A stretch of DNA of 64,000 bases, taken from Polaribacter sp. (GTDB lineage: Bacteria > Bacteroidota > Bacteroidia > Flavobacteriales > Flavobacteriaceae). Position numbers and translations under genes: made by a program. The stretch is from the NCBI GenBank assembly GCA_029245785.1, contig JAQWOR010000074.1:4758-68757 (forward strand), given 5' to 3'. This document shows, piece after piece, positions 1 to 21,192 of this stretch (the stretch's first letter is position 1; each line of letters opens with the position of its first letter). Under the pieces are notes generated by a model. The model was not told the origin of the DNA. It did no database searches and saw only the letters and a list, made by a program, of their open reading frames with translations.

Positions 1-133
1 TAATCTTTCCGTTTTTAACGGCTACTTCTCCTTTAAAAATTCGTTGATTTTGGATGTCTACAATCTTTCCTTGTACAATCATTTATGTGCTGTATTTAGT
101 ACAAATTTACAAAGAATTTTAATTGTTTTCTCA

Positions 134-1450
134 CTAATTTATCGGAAACAACTCAATCTCTTTTCCCAACCAATCCTGCAACTTTGCATGTATTTTTTGC
201 TGATCATCTTTAGAAAAATGTTTAATTCTTGTTCCGTGATGCCCTCCTTTTAAGACCATTTTCAGTGCATCAACTGTTGGTTTTGGAATTGGAGCACACG
301 CGCCCCAAGGATCATACTCTCCGTATATATACAAAATTTGATGCCCTTTGTTTTCTATAAAATCTCTCACTTCTCTTATGTACTCAGTATCGTATGGCAT
401 GGCTATATTTTCAGGGCCAAAACAAGCTAATGAAGATGTTTTTATATGCACTAGTAAATCTTGAACAGGTGCTGTATCATACCCATAATAACCCAATTCT
501 GTCATGTGCTGATAAAAAGAAGGCAGGTAATTGTAAATTCCAGCATCGCTGAATAAATAAAACCCAGCAACCTTTTTTAAATATGCAAATAACACTACTG
601 AACTTGCTGTGGCATTCGGAATCTCCTCACAACGACTTCCCCATTGCCAAAACGAAAACGGAAATTCTAACACGGCATGCTCCAACACCTCTTCTACTGG
701 CATCTTTGTAAACAACACCTTTTTTTCAGCCGCATATTTTTTGAGCTCTTCAAGAACTTCAACACCATTTTTTAACACAGCACGTTGAAATTGCACAATC
801 TTATCTCGGCATTCTTTTGTGCCAACAGTATTGATTAATTGTATTGTTCTAGGGTCTTCTTGAGTATTGATCAACGGCGCAACATAAGGCACGGCCACAT
901 CAATATCTTTTGGGTATTTTGATTTATAAATCAGCACCGTTTCCCCTCCTTTACTAATTCCGGCAGACAGCCATTTGCTTGTATACAATCGTTTTAATTT
1001 GGTGACTATCTTATGGTAATCTTCTACTGCTGCATCGTTTTTTAAATACTGCCATGGTATCGAGTCTGGCCTTGACTTTCCGTAAAAACGATATTCAACC
1101 TGCACTTGATTTGCTCTTAACATCTCACTCAGCTCGTAAGTTTGATATCTTGCATTATAGCCTTCAGTGACTAAAACTGTTGGCTTTTCATACCCGGCAT
1201 GAGAAACATATATGTAGTGATCAAAAGTTCCTGCAGATGCATCTTGATGATTTAACGATTGTTTTAGAATCAATTGATACGCTTCTGTAGAATGGTCTTG
1301 TGCTTTTACCGCATTTATTTCTGCAGACGGAAACAGCACTTTTAATTGTTCTTTAAATGACAAGCCTTCTAAATTGGACTCCACTTTCTTGCAAGAAACT
1401 ACTGCTGCACTTATGAACAGGAAAAAAAACAACTTTTTAAACATTGGCAT
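134..1450 (-). CDS. Peptidase S37/S28-like alpha/beta-hydrolase lipoprotein (PS-10 tripeptidyl aminopeptidase-like)
   Basis: Lipobox VVSC; EHRF-like EYRFYGKS motif; GISKGG nucleophile elbow; C-terminal GGHHG His. Confidence 0.8.
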   Translation of the reverse strand: MPMFKKLFFFLFISAAVVSCKKVESNLEGLSFKEQLKVLFPSAEINAVKAQDHSTEAYQLILKQSLNHQDASAGTFDHYIYVSHAGYEKPTVLVTEGYNARYQTYELSEMLRANQVQVEYRFYGKSRPDSIPWQYLKNDAAVEDYHKIVTKLKRLYTSKWLSAGISKGGETVLIYKSKYPKDIDVAVPYVAPLINTQEDPRTIQLINTVGTKECRDKIVQFQRAVLKNGVEVLEELKKYAAEKKVLFTKMPVEEVLEHAVLEFPFSFWQWGSRCEEIPNATASSVVLFAYLKKVAGFYLFSDAGIYNYLPSFYQHMTELGYYGYDTAPVQDLLVHIKTSSLACFGPENIAMPYDTEYIREVRDFIENKGHQILYIYGEYDPWGACAPIPKPTVDALKMVLKGGHHGTRIKHFSKDDQQKIHAKLQDWLGKEIELFPIN

Positions 1451-1586
1451 ATCTACTTATTTTACTCGCTAAAATTAGACCAACAATGTCACTTATTCTA
1501 ATACTATCTTAACCAAGTGTTTGCGTATTTTATGAGAATACTCGTTTGTATACTACTATAACTAAAGATTTAGCTACTTTTATCCT

Positions 1587-2546
1587 ATGAACAACACCAA
1601 GCTAATAAGCGGCGATTTTATAGAAAAAAATACTGTTTTTACAGAACTAATTACAGCATTAAAACAGGCTTTTTCTAATCGTAATGTATTGGTCCCAATG
1701 CGCCATCATCACGATTTTCCAAATCCAGAAATGCATGCAGACTCTACATTACTGCTGATGCCCGCCTGGAACCCAAGTAAAAATGCAGGCGTAAAAGTTG
1801 TCACCGTAAGCCCAGAAAATGGACAATTTGACTTGCCTTCTATTCAAGGAACCTATATTTATCTTGACGCTGTAAAAGGAACTATAAAAGCACTCTTAGA
1901 AGCTAAAAGACTGACTGTTAAAAGAACCGCAGCTGCCTCTGCGCTAGCATCCTCCTATTTATCTCGAAAAAATTCTTCTTCGTTATTAATGATTGGAACC
2001 GGAGCTTTATCAAAAAATTTAATCAAAGCACATGCTGCTGTTCGCCCAATTAAAAACGTATTTATTTGGGGACGAAATTTCGAAAAAGCAACAGCAATTG
2101 CTACTGAATTACAGCAGGAAAATTTCACAATTCAACCTATAAAAACCATTGAAGAAAAAATTTCTAACGTCGATATTATTTCGGCTGCGACCTTGTCTAA
2201 AATACCTTTGATTCTAGGAAAGCACTTAAAAAACGGACAACATATTGATTTGGTTGGCGCCTATAAAAAAGACATGCGCGAAGCTGATGACGAAACCATT
2301 TTAAAAGCAGTTGTTTATATAGATACCTTTCAGGGTGGCCTCAAAGAAAGTGGCGACATTGTGATTCCGCTTCAAAATGGAACGCTTAAAGAAGAAAACA
2401 TTAAAGCTGATTTATTTGAATTGGCATCCGAAGAAAAACAAGGAAGAAACAACAGCAATGAGATCACGGTTTTTAAATCTGTAGGGCATGCACTTGAAGA
2501 TTTAGCCGCTGCAACGTATTATTATAACAAATTTACAACTAACTGA
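1587..2546 (+). CDS. lhpI: Ornithine cyclodeaminase/mu-crystallin family; probable Delta1-pyrroline-2-carboxylate reductase
   Basis: RTAAASALA and IGTGA Rossmann motifs, FKSVGHALEDLAAA C-terminus; adjacent to a t3LHyp dehydratase. Confidence 0.75.
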   Translation: MNNTKLISGDFIEKNTVFTELITALKQAFSNRNVLVPMRHHHDFPNPEMHADSTLLLMPAWNPSKNAGVKVVTVSPENGQFDLPSIQGTYIYLDAVKGTIKALLEAKRLTVKRTAAASALASSYLSRKNSSSLLMIGTGALSKNLIKAHAAVRPIKNVFIWGRNFEKATAIATELQQENFTIQPIKTIEEKISNVDIISAATLSKIPLILGKHLKNGQHIDLVGAYKKDMREADDETILKAVVYIDTFQGGLKESGDIVIPLQNGTLKEENIKADLFELASEEKQGRNNSNEITVFKSVGHALEDLAAATYYYNKFTTN

Positions 2547-2634
2547 TGTCAGTTCGAGTAATCCCGAGTACTCGGGATTGTATCGAGAACAACATCTCGA
2601 TACATTTCGACAAGTCGAAACACTCGATGTGACA
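2547..2634. repeat. Nested palindromic REP/REPIN-like element
   Basis: Outer TGTCAGTTCGAGT...ACTCGATGTGACA arms enclose a perfect 20-bp palindrome AATCCCGAGTACTCGGGATT (2560-2579), a TGTATCGAGA/TCTCGATACA pair and TTTCGAC-AA-GTCGAAA. Confidence 0.8.
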
Positions 2635-2649
2635 AGAACTAATTTACCC

Positions 2650-3717
2650 ATGAGTAACACGTATCAAAATATCCTTTCAAAAACCAATTTCAACCCTCCA
2701 AAAGACTGGATGCAAATTAAAACCATTGACATGCATACGGGTGGAGAGCCGCTTCGTGTTATTGTGAGTGGATTTCCAAAATTGAGAGGAAATTCGGTAT
2801 TGGACTACAGACGTTATTGCAAAGAAAATTTCGATTACTTGCGTACTGCTTTGCTATTTGAACCTCGTGGCCATGCTGATATGTATGGCTGTATTTTGGT
2901 GCCTCCAAATGATGATGATGGAGATTTCGGCATTCTTTTTCTACACAACGAAGGCTATTCAACCATGTGTGGTCATGCCATTATTGCGATTTCTACACTG
3001 GCGGTTGAAATGAATTGGACCTCTGTACAAGAAGGCGAAAATATTCTGAAAATTGATGCGCCTTGTGGTAGAATTACCTCTTTTGTAAATGTGAAAAACG
3101 GAAAAGTGACAAACGTCCGCTTTCATTGTGTTCCCAGTTTTGTGGTGGGACTAAACAGAATTGTGGATGTAGCCGGCTTAGGAAAAGTAACCTATGACTT
3201 GGCTTATGGTGGTGCTTTTTATGCCTATGTAGACATGGCAAAAAATAATTTTAATTTTGATTTAAGCACCGATTCTTACAGAAACCTCATCAGTAAAGGA
3301 ATGGATATTAAACATGCTGTAATGAATGCTGACAACGAAATTTTACATCCTTTTGAAAACGATTTGAGTTTTTTATATGGAACCATTTTTATTGACAATA
3401 ACAAACAACCTTTTGGCGCAGACAGTAAAAATGTATGCATTTTTGCTGAAGGTGAAGTTGATCGTTGCCCAACAGGTTCTGGCGTTTCTGGTAGAATGGC
3501 CATACATAAAGCAAGAAATGAAATAGCCTATGGAGAAACCATGTCTATAGAAAGCATTACCGGTTCTGTATTTAAAGGTTCAGTAATTTCAGAAGAAGAC
3601 TATGGTACTTTTAAAGCGGTCATTCCTCAAGTAGAAGGCAGCGCCTACATTACAGGAATGCACACTTTTGTTATGGATCCAAATGACCCAATGAAAGAGG
3701 GGTTTATTTTAAGATAG
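2650..3717 (+). CDS. lhpH: Proline racemase family, trans-3-hydroxy-L-proline dehydratase type
   Basis: DMHTGGEPLR, STMCGH and DRCPTGSG motifs give a Cys/Thr catalytic pair; start moved from 2578 to ATG 2650 because the upstream codons lie in the palindromic element. Confidence 0.85.
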   Translation: MSNTYQNILSKTNFNPPKDWMQIKTIDMHTGGEPLRVIVSGFPKLRGNSVLDYRRYCKENFDYLRTALLFEPRGHADMYGCILVPPNDDDGDFGILFLHNEGYSTMCGHAIIAISTLAVEMNWTSVQEGENILKIDAPCGRITSFVNVKNGKVTNVRFHCVPSFVVGLNRIVDVAGLGKVTYDLAYGGAFYAYVDMAKNNFNFDLSTDSYRNLISKGMDIKHAVMNADNEILHPFENDLSFLYGTIFIDNNKQPFGADSKNVCIFAEGEVDRCPTGSGVSGRMAIHKARNEIAYGETMSIESITGSVFKGSVISEEDYGTFKAVIPQVEGSAYITGMHTFVMDPNDPMKEGFILR

Positions 3718-3814
3718 CCTATTAATGACCACCACTCAACTCTTGTGAAGCTTTTAAAAAAACACAACCAGTACCCACTAGTTTATCTTCAATTAAATAG
3801 CGTATATTTACACT

Positions 3815-4813
3815 ATGAGTATCATTAGAGTCAAAGAAAATTCAGACATCCCTAAATACAAACAGATTATTAAATCGGTAGAAGATGCCATTGTGAACAA
3901 TCAGGTAAAAAGAGGCGATAAACTACCATCTATTAATAGCATTAAGAACAGGTTCTCTTTATCTAGAGATACTGTTCTATTAGCTTATGGCGATTTAAAA
4001 GTTCGGGGCATCATTCAATCAATTCCTGGAAAAGGTTATTACCTTAAAAGAGAAAATATTGAAGTTTCACAAAAAATATTTTTGCTTTTTGATGAATTAA
4101 ATGCGTTTAAAGAAAATTTATACAAATCATTTTTAAAAAACTTAAGCCCTACTATCGAAGTAGACATTTATTTTCATCATTTTAATTACGAAGTCTTCAG
4201 CAAACATATCTATGATAATATTGGCAATTACAACCATTATATCATCATGCCAGCAAATTTAATAGATACCGATATAATTATCGGAAAATTACCTAAAAAC
4301 AACGTATACATTCTAGACCAAACACATGAGGAGCTTTCAAAGTACTCAACTATCTATCAAAACTTTAGAAAAGACATTAGCGTTGCATTAACACAATGCC
4401 TACCACAACTAAAAAAATACCATACAATTATCTTCATTTTTAATAAAAATAAACAACCACAAGAAATGTTGCATGGGTTTTATGATTTTTGTTCTAAACA
4501 CAATATAGACCATGAAATTATCATCAACAGTGACAACAGAACGTTACAAAAAGGAGAAGTGTATCTTATTCCTGAAGACAGGGACTTGATTCAAGTCATC
4601 AAAAAAATGAAAGAACAACAGTTAAGCATTGCTTCAGATATTGGTATCATTTCTTACAACGATACCTTATTAAAAGAAATTGTTGAGGGCGGTATTACAA
4701 CCATTTCAACAGATTTTAATGAAATGGGAGAAAAACTAGCAGCACTCATCTTTCATAAAGAGCTCACTAAAATAGAAAATACCAATCGACTTATTGTTAG
4801 AAACTCGTTATAA
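3815..4813 (+). CDS. GntR-family regulator with a LacI/periplasmic-binding-like C-terminal domain
   Basis: N-terminal PKYKQI...GDKLPS...PGKGYY winged HTH; C-terminal IGIISYNDT...ITTISTDF. Confidence 0.85.
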   Translation: MSIIRVKENSDIPKYKQIIKSVEDAIVNNQVKRGDKLPSINSIKNRFSLSRDTVLLAYGDLKVRGIIQSIPGKGYYLKRENIEVSQKIFLLFDELNAFKENLYKSFLKNLSPTIEVDIYFHHFNYEVFSKHIYDNIGNYNHYIIMPANLIDTDIIIGKLPKNNVYILDQTHEELSKYSTIYQNFRKDISVALTQCLPQLKKYHTIIFIFNKNKQPQEMLHGFYDFCSKHNIDHEIIINSDNRTLQKGEVYLIPEDRDLIQVIKKMKEQQLSIASDIGIISYNDTLLKEIVEGGITTISTDFNEMGEKLAALIFHKELTKIENTNRLIVRNSL

Positions 4814-4826
4814 AAAAAATGTCATT

Positions 4827-5727
4827 TTGTTCAAAATCAACTCCATAAAAAAAGCAGATACAGACTATCTAAAAATAGAAAGCATAGATCAGAAATCACA
4901 TGCCCTTATTTATTTAAGCAATGGTGGAAGTCTACAAGAATTAGTCCTACATAAAAAGAAAATAATCCACCAATTAACTACTGCTGACTACACAACATCG
5001 TATGCCTCTGCAATTTTGTTTCCTTTTGCCAATAGAATAGACAAAGCGTCCTATTCATTTCAAGAAAAAAAATACACGCTAAAAGTTAATTTAAAAGAAG
5101 AAAACAATGCCATTCATGGCTTGGTATACAACAAAAAATTTACCCTTAAAGACAAAGAAATTACCCAACAACAAGCGTCGGTAACACTTGTCTATTCTGA
5201 ACAAAACAAAGCTCAAGGATTCCCTTTTATATATACCATAGAACTTATATATACCCTTACAGAAGATGCACTTTCTCTAACAATTTGTATTACAAACAAT
5301 GATGTTGTTTCCTTTCCTTTTAATGTAGGATGGCATCCCTATTTTTATAGTTCTAATTTATACAACAGTAGTTTGTATATTGATAGTAGTAGCAAATTTT
5401 CATTTTCAACTAATGAAATGATTCCTATTAAAACAAAAGACGCAAGCATCCATAAAGAATTACAAATTAAAGATCGTTTTTTTGATGATTGCTATCTTTT
5501 AAATACAGATAAAATGGTATTTAAAACTCCTGATTATCATATACAAATCAATTCATCCTTAGAGAAAAATTATGTACAAATTTTTACACCTTCTGACAGG
5601 AAATCAATCGCAATAGAACCCATTACAGCACCACCAAATAGCTTTAATCATAAGTTAGGACTCGGCATTTTAAATCCGGATGAAAACTATACGGCTTCAT
5701 GGAAAGTCTCCTTAAAATCAACATCTC

Positions 5728-5738
<11 letters not shown>
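4827..5738 (+). CDS. Aldose 1-epimerase (galactose mutarotase) family
   Basis: LFPFANRI, NAIHG, GWHPYF and IAIEP motifs; start uncertain (TTG 4827 preferred over 4794, which overlaps the GntR gene). Confidence 0.8.
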
Positions 5739-17185
<11,447 letters not shown>

Positions 17186-17195
17186 CCCATATCTT

Positions 17196-17627
17196 ATGAA
17201 AAAAGCACTTTTAATATTCTCCGCATGCATGTTATTTCTTTCTTGTGCTACATCAACAGAGCAAGAAGATAAAAAAGCAATCTTAGAAATCATGGACCTA
17301 CAACAAAAAGCATGGTCAAAACACAATTTAGAAGGCTTTATGAAAGGATATTGGAAATCTGATTCTTTAAAGTTTTATGGAAGCAATGGCGTTACTTTAG
17401 GATGGAACAAAACCTTGGCAAATTATAAAAAAGGGTATCCAACTCCTGATCACTCTGGAAACTTACAATTTAAAATCAATGACATTTCTAAAATCAATGA
17501 TGGTGCTTATTTTGTAATGGGCGAATATCATTTAACACGAAACGTTGGAGATGCTAATGGCATCTTTATGATCATCTTTAAAAAGATCAATGGCGAATGG
17601 AAAATTATTGCCGATACCTCTTGTTAA
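17196..17627 (+). CDS. NTF2-like/DUF4440 (YybH-like) small lipoprotein
   Basis: ATG 17196 gives MKKALLIFSACMLFLSC (lipobox); AWSKHNLEGFMKGYW, WKIIADTS typical of SnoaL/NTF2 folds. Confidence 0.75.
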   Translation: MKKALLIFSACMLFLSCATSTEQEDKKAILEIMDLQQKAWSKHNLEGFMKGYWKSDSLKFYGSNGVTLGWNKTLANYKKGYPTPDHSGNLQFKINDISKINDGAYFVMGEYHLTRNVGDANGIFMIIFKKINGEWKIIADTSC

Positions 17628-18919
17628 TTGGTATTCATAATCGCTTCAATTTCTTCAATTTCAATAGGCATTGCCGCTGTTAAATTGATATTTCCATCGT
17701 TGGTAAGTAGGTAATCGTTTTCTAATCTACAACCAATGCCTTCTTCAGGAATGTAAATTCCGGGTTCGCAAGTCAATACCATTCCCGCTTCAAAAGGGCG
17801 CGAATACAAACCAACATCATGCACGTCTAAGCCAATATGATGCGCTGTTCCATGCATAAAGTATTTTTTGTATCGTGGTTTTTCAGGATCTTGATTGGCA
17901 ACCTCTGTTGCATCTAACAGTCCTAATTTAATCAATTGAGTCTCTACTAAATTTGCCATTTTCGCTTCATAATCTGAAGAGGTAATTCCTGGTTTTAACA
18001 AGCTACTTCCTTCTTTTAAACAGTGTAAAACGGAAGTATATACTTCTTTTTGCCGTGCCGAAAATTTTCCGCTCACAGGAAAACAACGTGTGGTATCGCT
18101 ATTGTAATTGGCATAACACACGCCAAAATCCATCAAAATCATTTCGCCGTCATTACACATAGCGTCATTGGTATTATAATGCAATGCACAAGCATTTTTA
18201 CCAGAAGCAACAATTGGTTGAAACGCATGATGCGACGCTCCTGCTTTTGTTAAGTTATAGGTCAATTCAGCCTCTAATTCATATTCCTTTACCTGTGGTT
18301 TACAGACTTTTAAAACACGTTTAAATGATGCAACACTAATAGCTGCAGCTTGTTGTATCAATGCAATTTCTTCTTCAGATTTTACAGGTCGTAACGCGCG
18401 TGTAATTTTTGCTGCACGGTAGTATTCGTGCAAAGGATATTTTTTCTTACACCAAGCAATCATTCTATCTTGTTGTGTTTCTTGATCTTTGGTGGCTCTT
18501 TTTAAATGTTCATTATGCCCAAGGTAAAATCCGTCAGCCTCAAAAGCCATGTACTGCAACGTCATTTCAAAATCTTGAACCCATTCTACATGCTTAATTC
18601 CTGAAACTTCAGTAGCCTGTTCTTTTGTTAGTTTTTCACCATCCCAAATTTTGATATGCTCGTTGGTTTCTTTTATAAATAAAATTTCACGCTGCTCTTT
18701 TTTATAGGCATCAGGGTATATGAGCAATATCGTTTCTTCTTGGTCTATTCCAGAGAGATAAAATAAGTCATTGTTTTGAGCAAATCCCATCACATCATCT
18801 GCATTGTTATGTTTTACATCGTTAGAGGTTAAAATAGCAATTGTATTTGCTTTCATTTTAGCTGTAAAACGGTCTCTGTTCTTTATGAATAATGTATTCT
18901 GAATCGGTTCGTATCTCAT
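17624..18919 (-). CDS. pepP: Xaa-Pro aminopeptidase (aminopeptidase P, M24B)
   Basis: DLFYLSGI, DFG...NSD, HGTAHHIGLDVHD, EPGIY, RLEND metal-ligand motifs. Confidence 0.88.
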   Translation of the reverse strand: MRYEPIQNTLFIKNRDRFTAKMKANTIAILTSNDVKHNNADDVMGFAQNNDLFYLSGIDQEETILLIYPDAYKKEQREILFIKETNEHIKIWDGEKLTKEQATEVSGIKHVEWVQDFEMTLQYMAFEADGFYLGHNEHLKRATKDQETQQDRMIAWCKKKYPLHEYYRAAKITRALRPVKSEEEIALIQQAAAISVASFKRVLKVCKPQVKEYELEAELTYNLTKAGASHHAFQPIVASGKNACALHYNTNDAMCNDGEMILMDFGVCYANYNSDTTRCFPVSGKFSARQKEVYTSVLHCLKEGSSLLKPGITSSDYEAKMANLVETQLIKLGLLDATEVANQDPEKPRYKKYFMHGTAHHIGLDVHDVGLYSRPFEAGMVLTCEPGIYIPEEGIGCRLENDYLLTNDGNINLTAAMPIEIEEIEAIMNTN

Positions 18920-18920
18920 A

Positions 18921-20168
18921 TTAAAATCTTCTATCTGGGTGAAATGGGTCTAAATCTAATGTTGTCTTTTTATTTGAAATGACTTCAGCAACCAACTTGC
19001 CTGTTGCAGGACCTAAGCTCCAACCCATCATGGCATGACCTGTTGCAATGGTTAGGTTGTTACATTTTGAAGATTTTCCGATATAAGGCAATCCATCTGG
19101 TGAACATGGGCGCAAACCACATTGTGCTGCGGCTTTTTCTTCTGAAGTAATTGCTAAGTCTTTATAAAAATTACTGGCGGCATTCGCAATCGCCTGTACA
19201 CGAACTGGGTTGATTGTATGATTGATTCCTGCAACTTCCATAGTTCCTGCAAAACGTGTAAAACCATCCATTGGTGTGACCGCTACTTTGGCTTCACATA
19301 AAATTGCCGGAATGGTAATATGGGTTTCTCGTGCTACATTAATTCGATATCCTTTTCCTGCTTGAACAGGAATTTTAATTCCTAGTTTTTTTGTCATCAA
19401 CGGGCTCCAACTTCCTGCTGCTAATACAACCTCATCTGCAGGGAGCTCTTGTTTATCTGTAATTACTTTTGAAATCACAGCATTAGAAACCTCTATGTCT
19501 TTGACCTCTTCATTCGCAAAGAACACCACCCCTTTCGATTTTAAATAGGCAAGCATTTCTGACATAAAATCGGTTGGTGTCATATGAGCATCACAATTAA
19601 AATAGACCGCTCCATTTATGTTTAAATTAGCATTTGGCTCTAATTTTTTAACTTCTGCTGCTGATAAATTTTGCGCTTCTAAACCTTCTTCAATCGCTCT
19701 TTTACCAACCTTCCACTCTTCTTCTCCTACTTTATCTGTTTGATAACACATCAACAATCCCTTTCGTTGATAATGAAAATTAAAATTGTTAGATGCTTTT
19801 ATCTCTTCATATAGATCTCTACTTAGTAAATTAATATCCTTAATCACAGGAATTGCCTTTTCAACTTTTAAAGGATTTGCTGACTTTTTAAAAGCCCAAA
19901 CCCATTTCAAAAAATCGATATCTAGTCGTGGTTTTACATAAAATGGACTTGCCGAATTAAACATCCACTTAATTCCTTTAGTGATCATTCCAGGAGCTGC
20001 CAAAGAAATAATATGGCTTGGCGTTATATAGCCAGCATTTACATATGATGCGCCGCTAGAAAAATCAGATTTGTCAATTACGGTCACTTGATGGCCTTCT
20101 TTTTGAAGGTAATATGCCGTACTCAATCCTATGATTCCGCCTCCTATAATTACTACATTCTTACTCAT
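18921..20168 (-). CDS. lhpB: FAD-dependent D-amino acid dehydrogenase family; probable D-hydroxyproline dehydrogenase
   Basis: IIGGGIIG FAD motif, ASYVNAG, GLRPCSPDGLP, GHAMMGWSLGP; directly downstream of the Hyp epimerase. Confidence 0.75.
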   Translation of the reverse strand: MSKNVVIIGGGIIGLSTAYYLQKEGHQVTVIDKSDFSSGASYVNAGYITPSHIISLAAPGMITKGIKWMFNSASPFYVKPRLDIDFLKWVWAFKKSANPLKVEKAIPVIKDINLLSRDLYEEIKASNNFNFHYQRKGLLMCYQTDKVGEEEWKVGKRAIEEGLEAQNLSAAEVKKLEPNANLNINGAVYFNCDAHMTPTDFMSEMLAYLKSKGVVFFANEEVKDIEVSNAVISKVITDKQELPADEVVLAAGSWSPLMTKKLGIKIPVQAGKGYRINVARETHITIPAILCEAKVAVTPMDGFTRFAGTMEVAGINHTINPVRVQAIANAASNFYKDLAITSEEKAAAQCGLRPCSPDGLPYIGKSSKCNNLTIATGHAMMGWSLGPATGKLVAEVISNKKTTLDLDPFHPDRRF

Positions 20169-20181
20169 TAAAAACTTGAAT

Positions 20182-21192
20182 TTAAATCACCTGAAAACCA
20201 AATGCATACGGATCGTCTTCTGTATCAATACTGATTGTATTATGGCCAAATATTTTTGCCCAACCTTGAATGCTTGGAATAATTGCTAACTTTCCATTTA
20301 GGCTTGTTTCTTCTTCAACACGGCCTATAAATTTACTACCTATAAAACTTTCGTGAATAAATTTTTCGCCTTTTTTTAATTTCCCTTTCGCATATAATTG
20401 TGCAATCCTAGCTGATGTTCCTGTTCCGCAAGGACTTCTGTCAATGGCTTTATCGCCATAAAACACGGCGTTTCTACCTGAAGATGTTGGATCAATCGGA
20501 TTTCCTGTCCATAGTAAATGTGTCACATCACGAATGGTATCATTTTCTGGATGGATAAATACATCAGGGTATTTCTCATTGATACGTTCTCTGATAACTT
20601 GTGAATATTGAATGATTTTACCTGCTGTAAAATCGTGAATTCCAGAGAAATTTTGCTGTGGATCTACAATCGCATAATAATTTCCACCATAAGCAACATC
20701 AAAAGTAAGTGTTCCTAATTCTGGACAATCTACAGTCAATCCTTCAGCCGCTAAAAAACTTTTTACATTGGTCAATTTCACCCAATCTACTTTGTTGCCT
20801 GTTTGTTGATACTCAATTTCAACCAAACCCGCAGGCGCTTCCATTTTAATTTTACCGGGAATTTTCGGTATTATCAATCCTTCTTCTATTGCAATGGTAA
20901 TGGTACCGATAGTTCCATGTCCACACATTGGTAAACAGCCAGAAGTTTCGATAAATAGAATTGCAAAGTCGTTTTTTGGATTGTGAGGCGGAAATAATAT
21001 ACTTCCACTCATCATATCGTGTCCACGAGGCTCAAACATGAGTCCTTTCCGAATCCAATCATATTCTTTTAAAAAGTGTTGACGCTTTTCGCTCATGGTT
21101 GCCCCTTTTAAATTAGGGCCTCCTTCAACTACTACCCGAACTGGGTTTCCGCAGGTATGTGCATCAATACAAGAAAATATATTACGACTCAT
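20182..21192 (-). CDS. lhpA: 4-hydroxyproline 2-epimerase
   Basis: DAHTCGNP, PMCGHG and DRSPCGTG give a Cys/Cys catalytic pair. Confidence 0.9.
   Translation of the reverse strand: MSRNIFSCIDAHTCGNPVRVVVEGGPNLKGATMSEKRQHFLKEYDWIRKGLMFEPRGHDMMSGSILFPPHNPKNDFAILFIETSGCLPMCGHGTIGTITIAIEEGLIIPKIPGKIKMEAPAGLVEIEYQQTGNKVDWVKLTNVKSFLAAEGLTVDCPELGTLTFDVAYGGNYYAIVDPQQNFSGIHDFTAGKIIQYSQVIRERINEKYPDVFIHPENDTIRDVTHLLWTGNPIDPTSSGRNAVFYGDKAIDRSPCGTGTSARIAQLYAKGKLKKGEKFIHESFIGSKFIGRVEEETSLNGKLAIIPSIQGWAKIFGHNTISIDTEDDPYAFGFQVI

Noticed and set aside
2578-2649. 24-residue N-terminal extension on the dehydratase in the ORF track
   Set aside because: Most of these codons are read through the palindromic cassette; ATG 2650 follows an AT-rich leader and is the better start
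18921-20168. Generic D-alanine dehydrogenase (dadA)
   Set aside because: Its position between the Hyp epimerase and pepP, in an operon with the deaminase and KGSA dehydrogenase, favours a D-Hyp dehydrogenase
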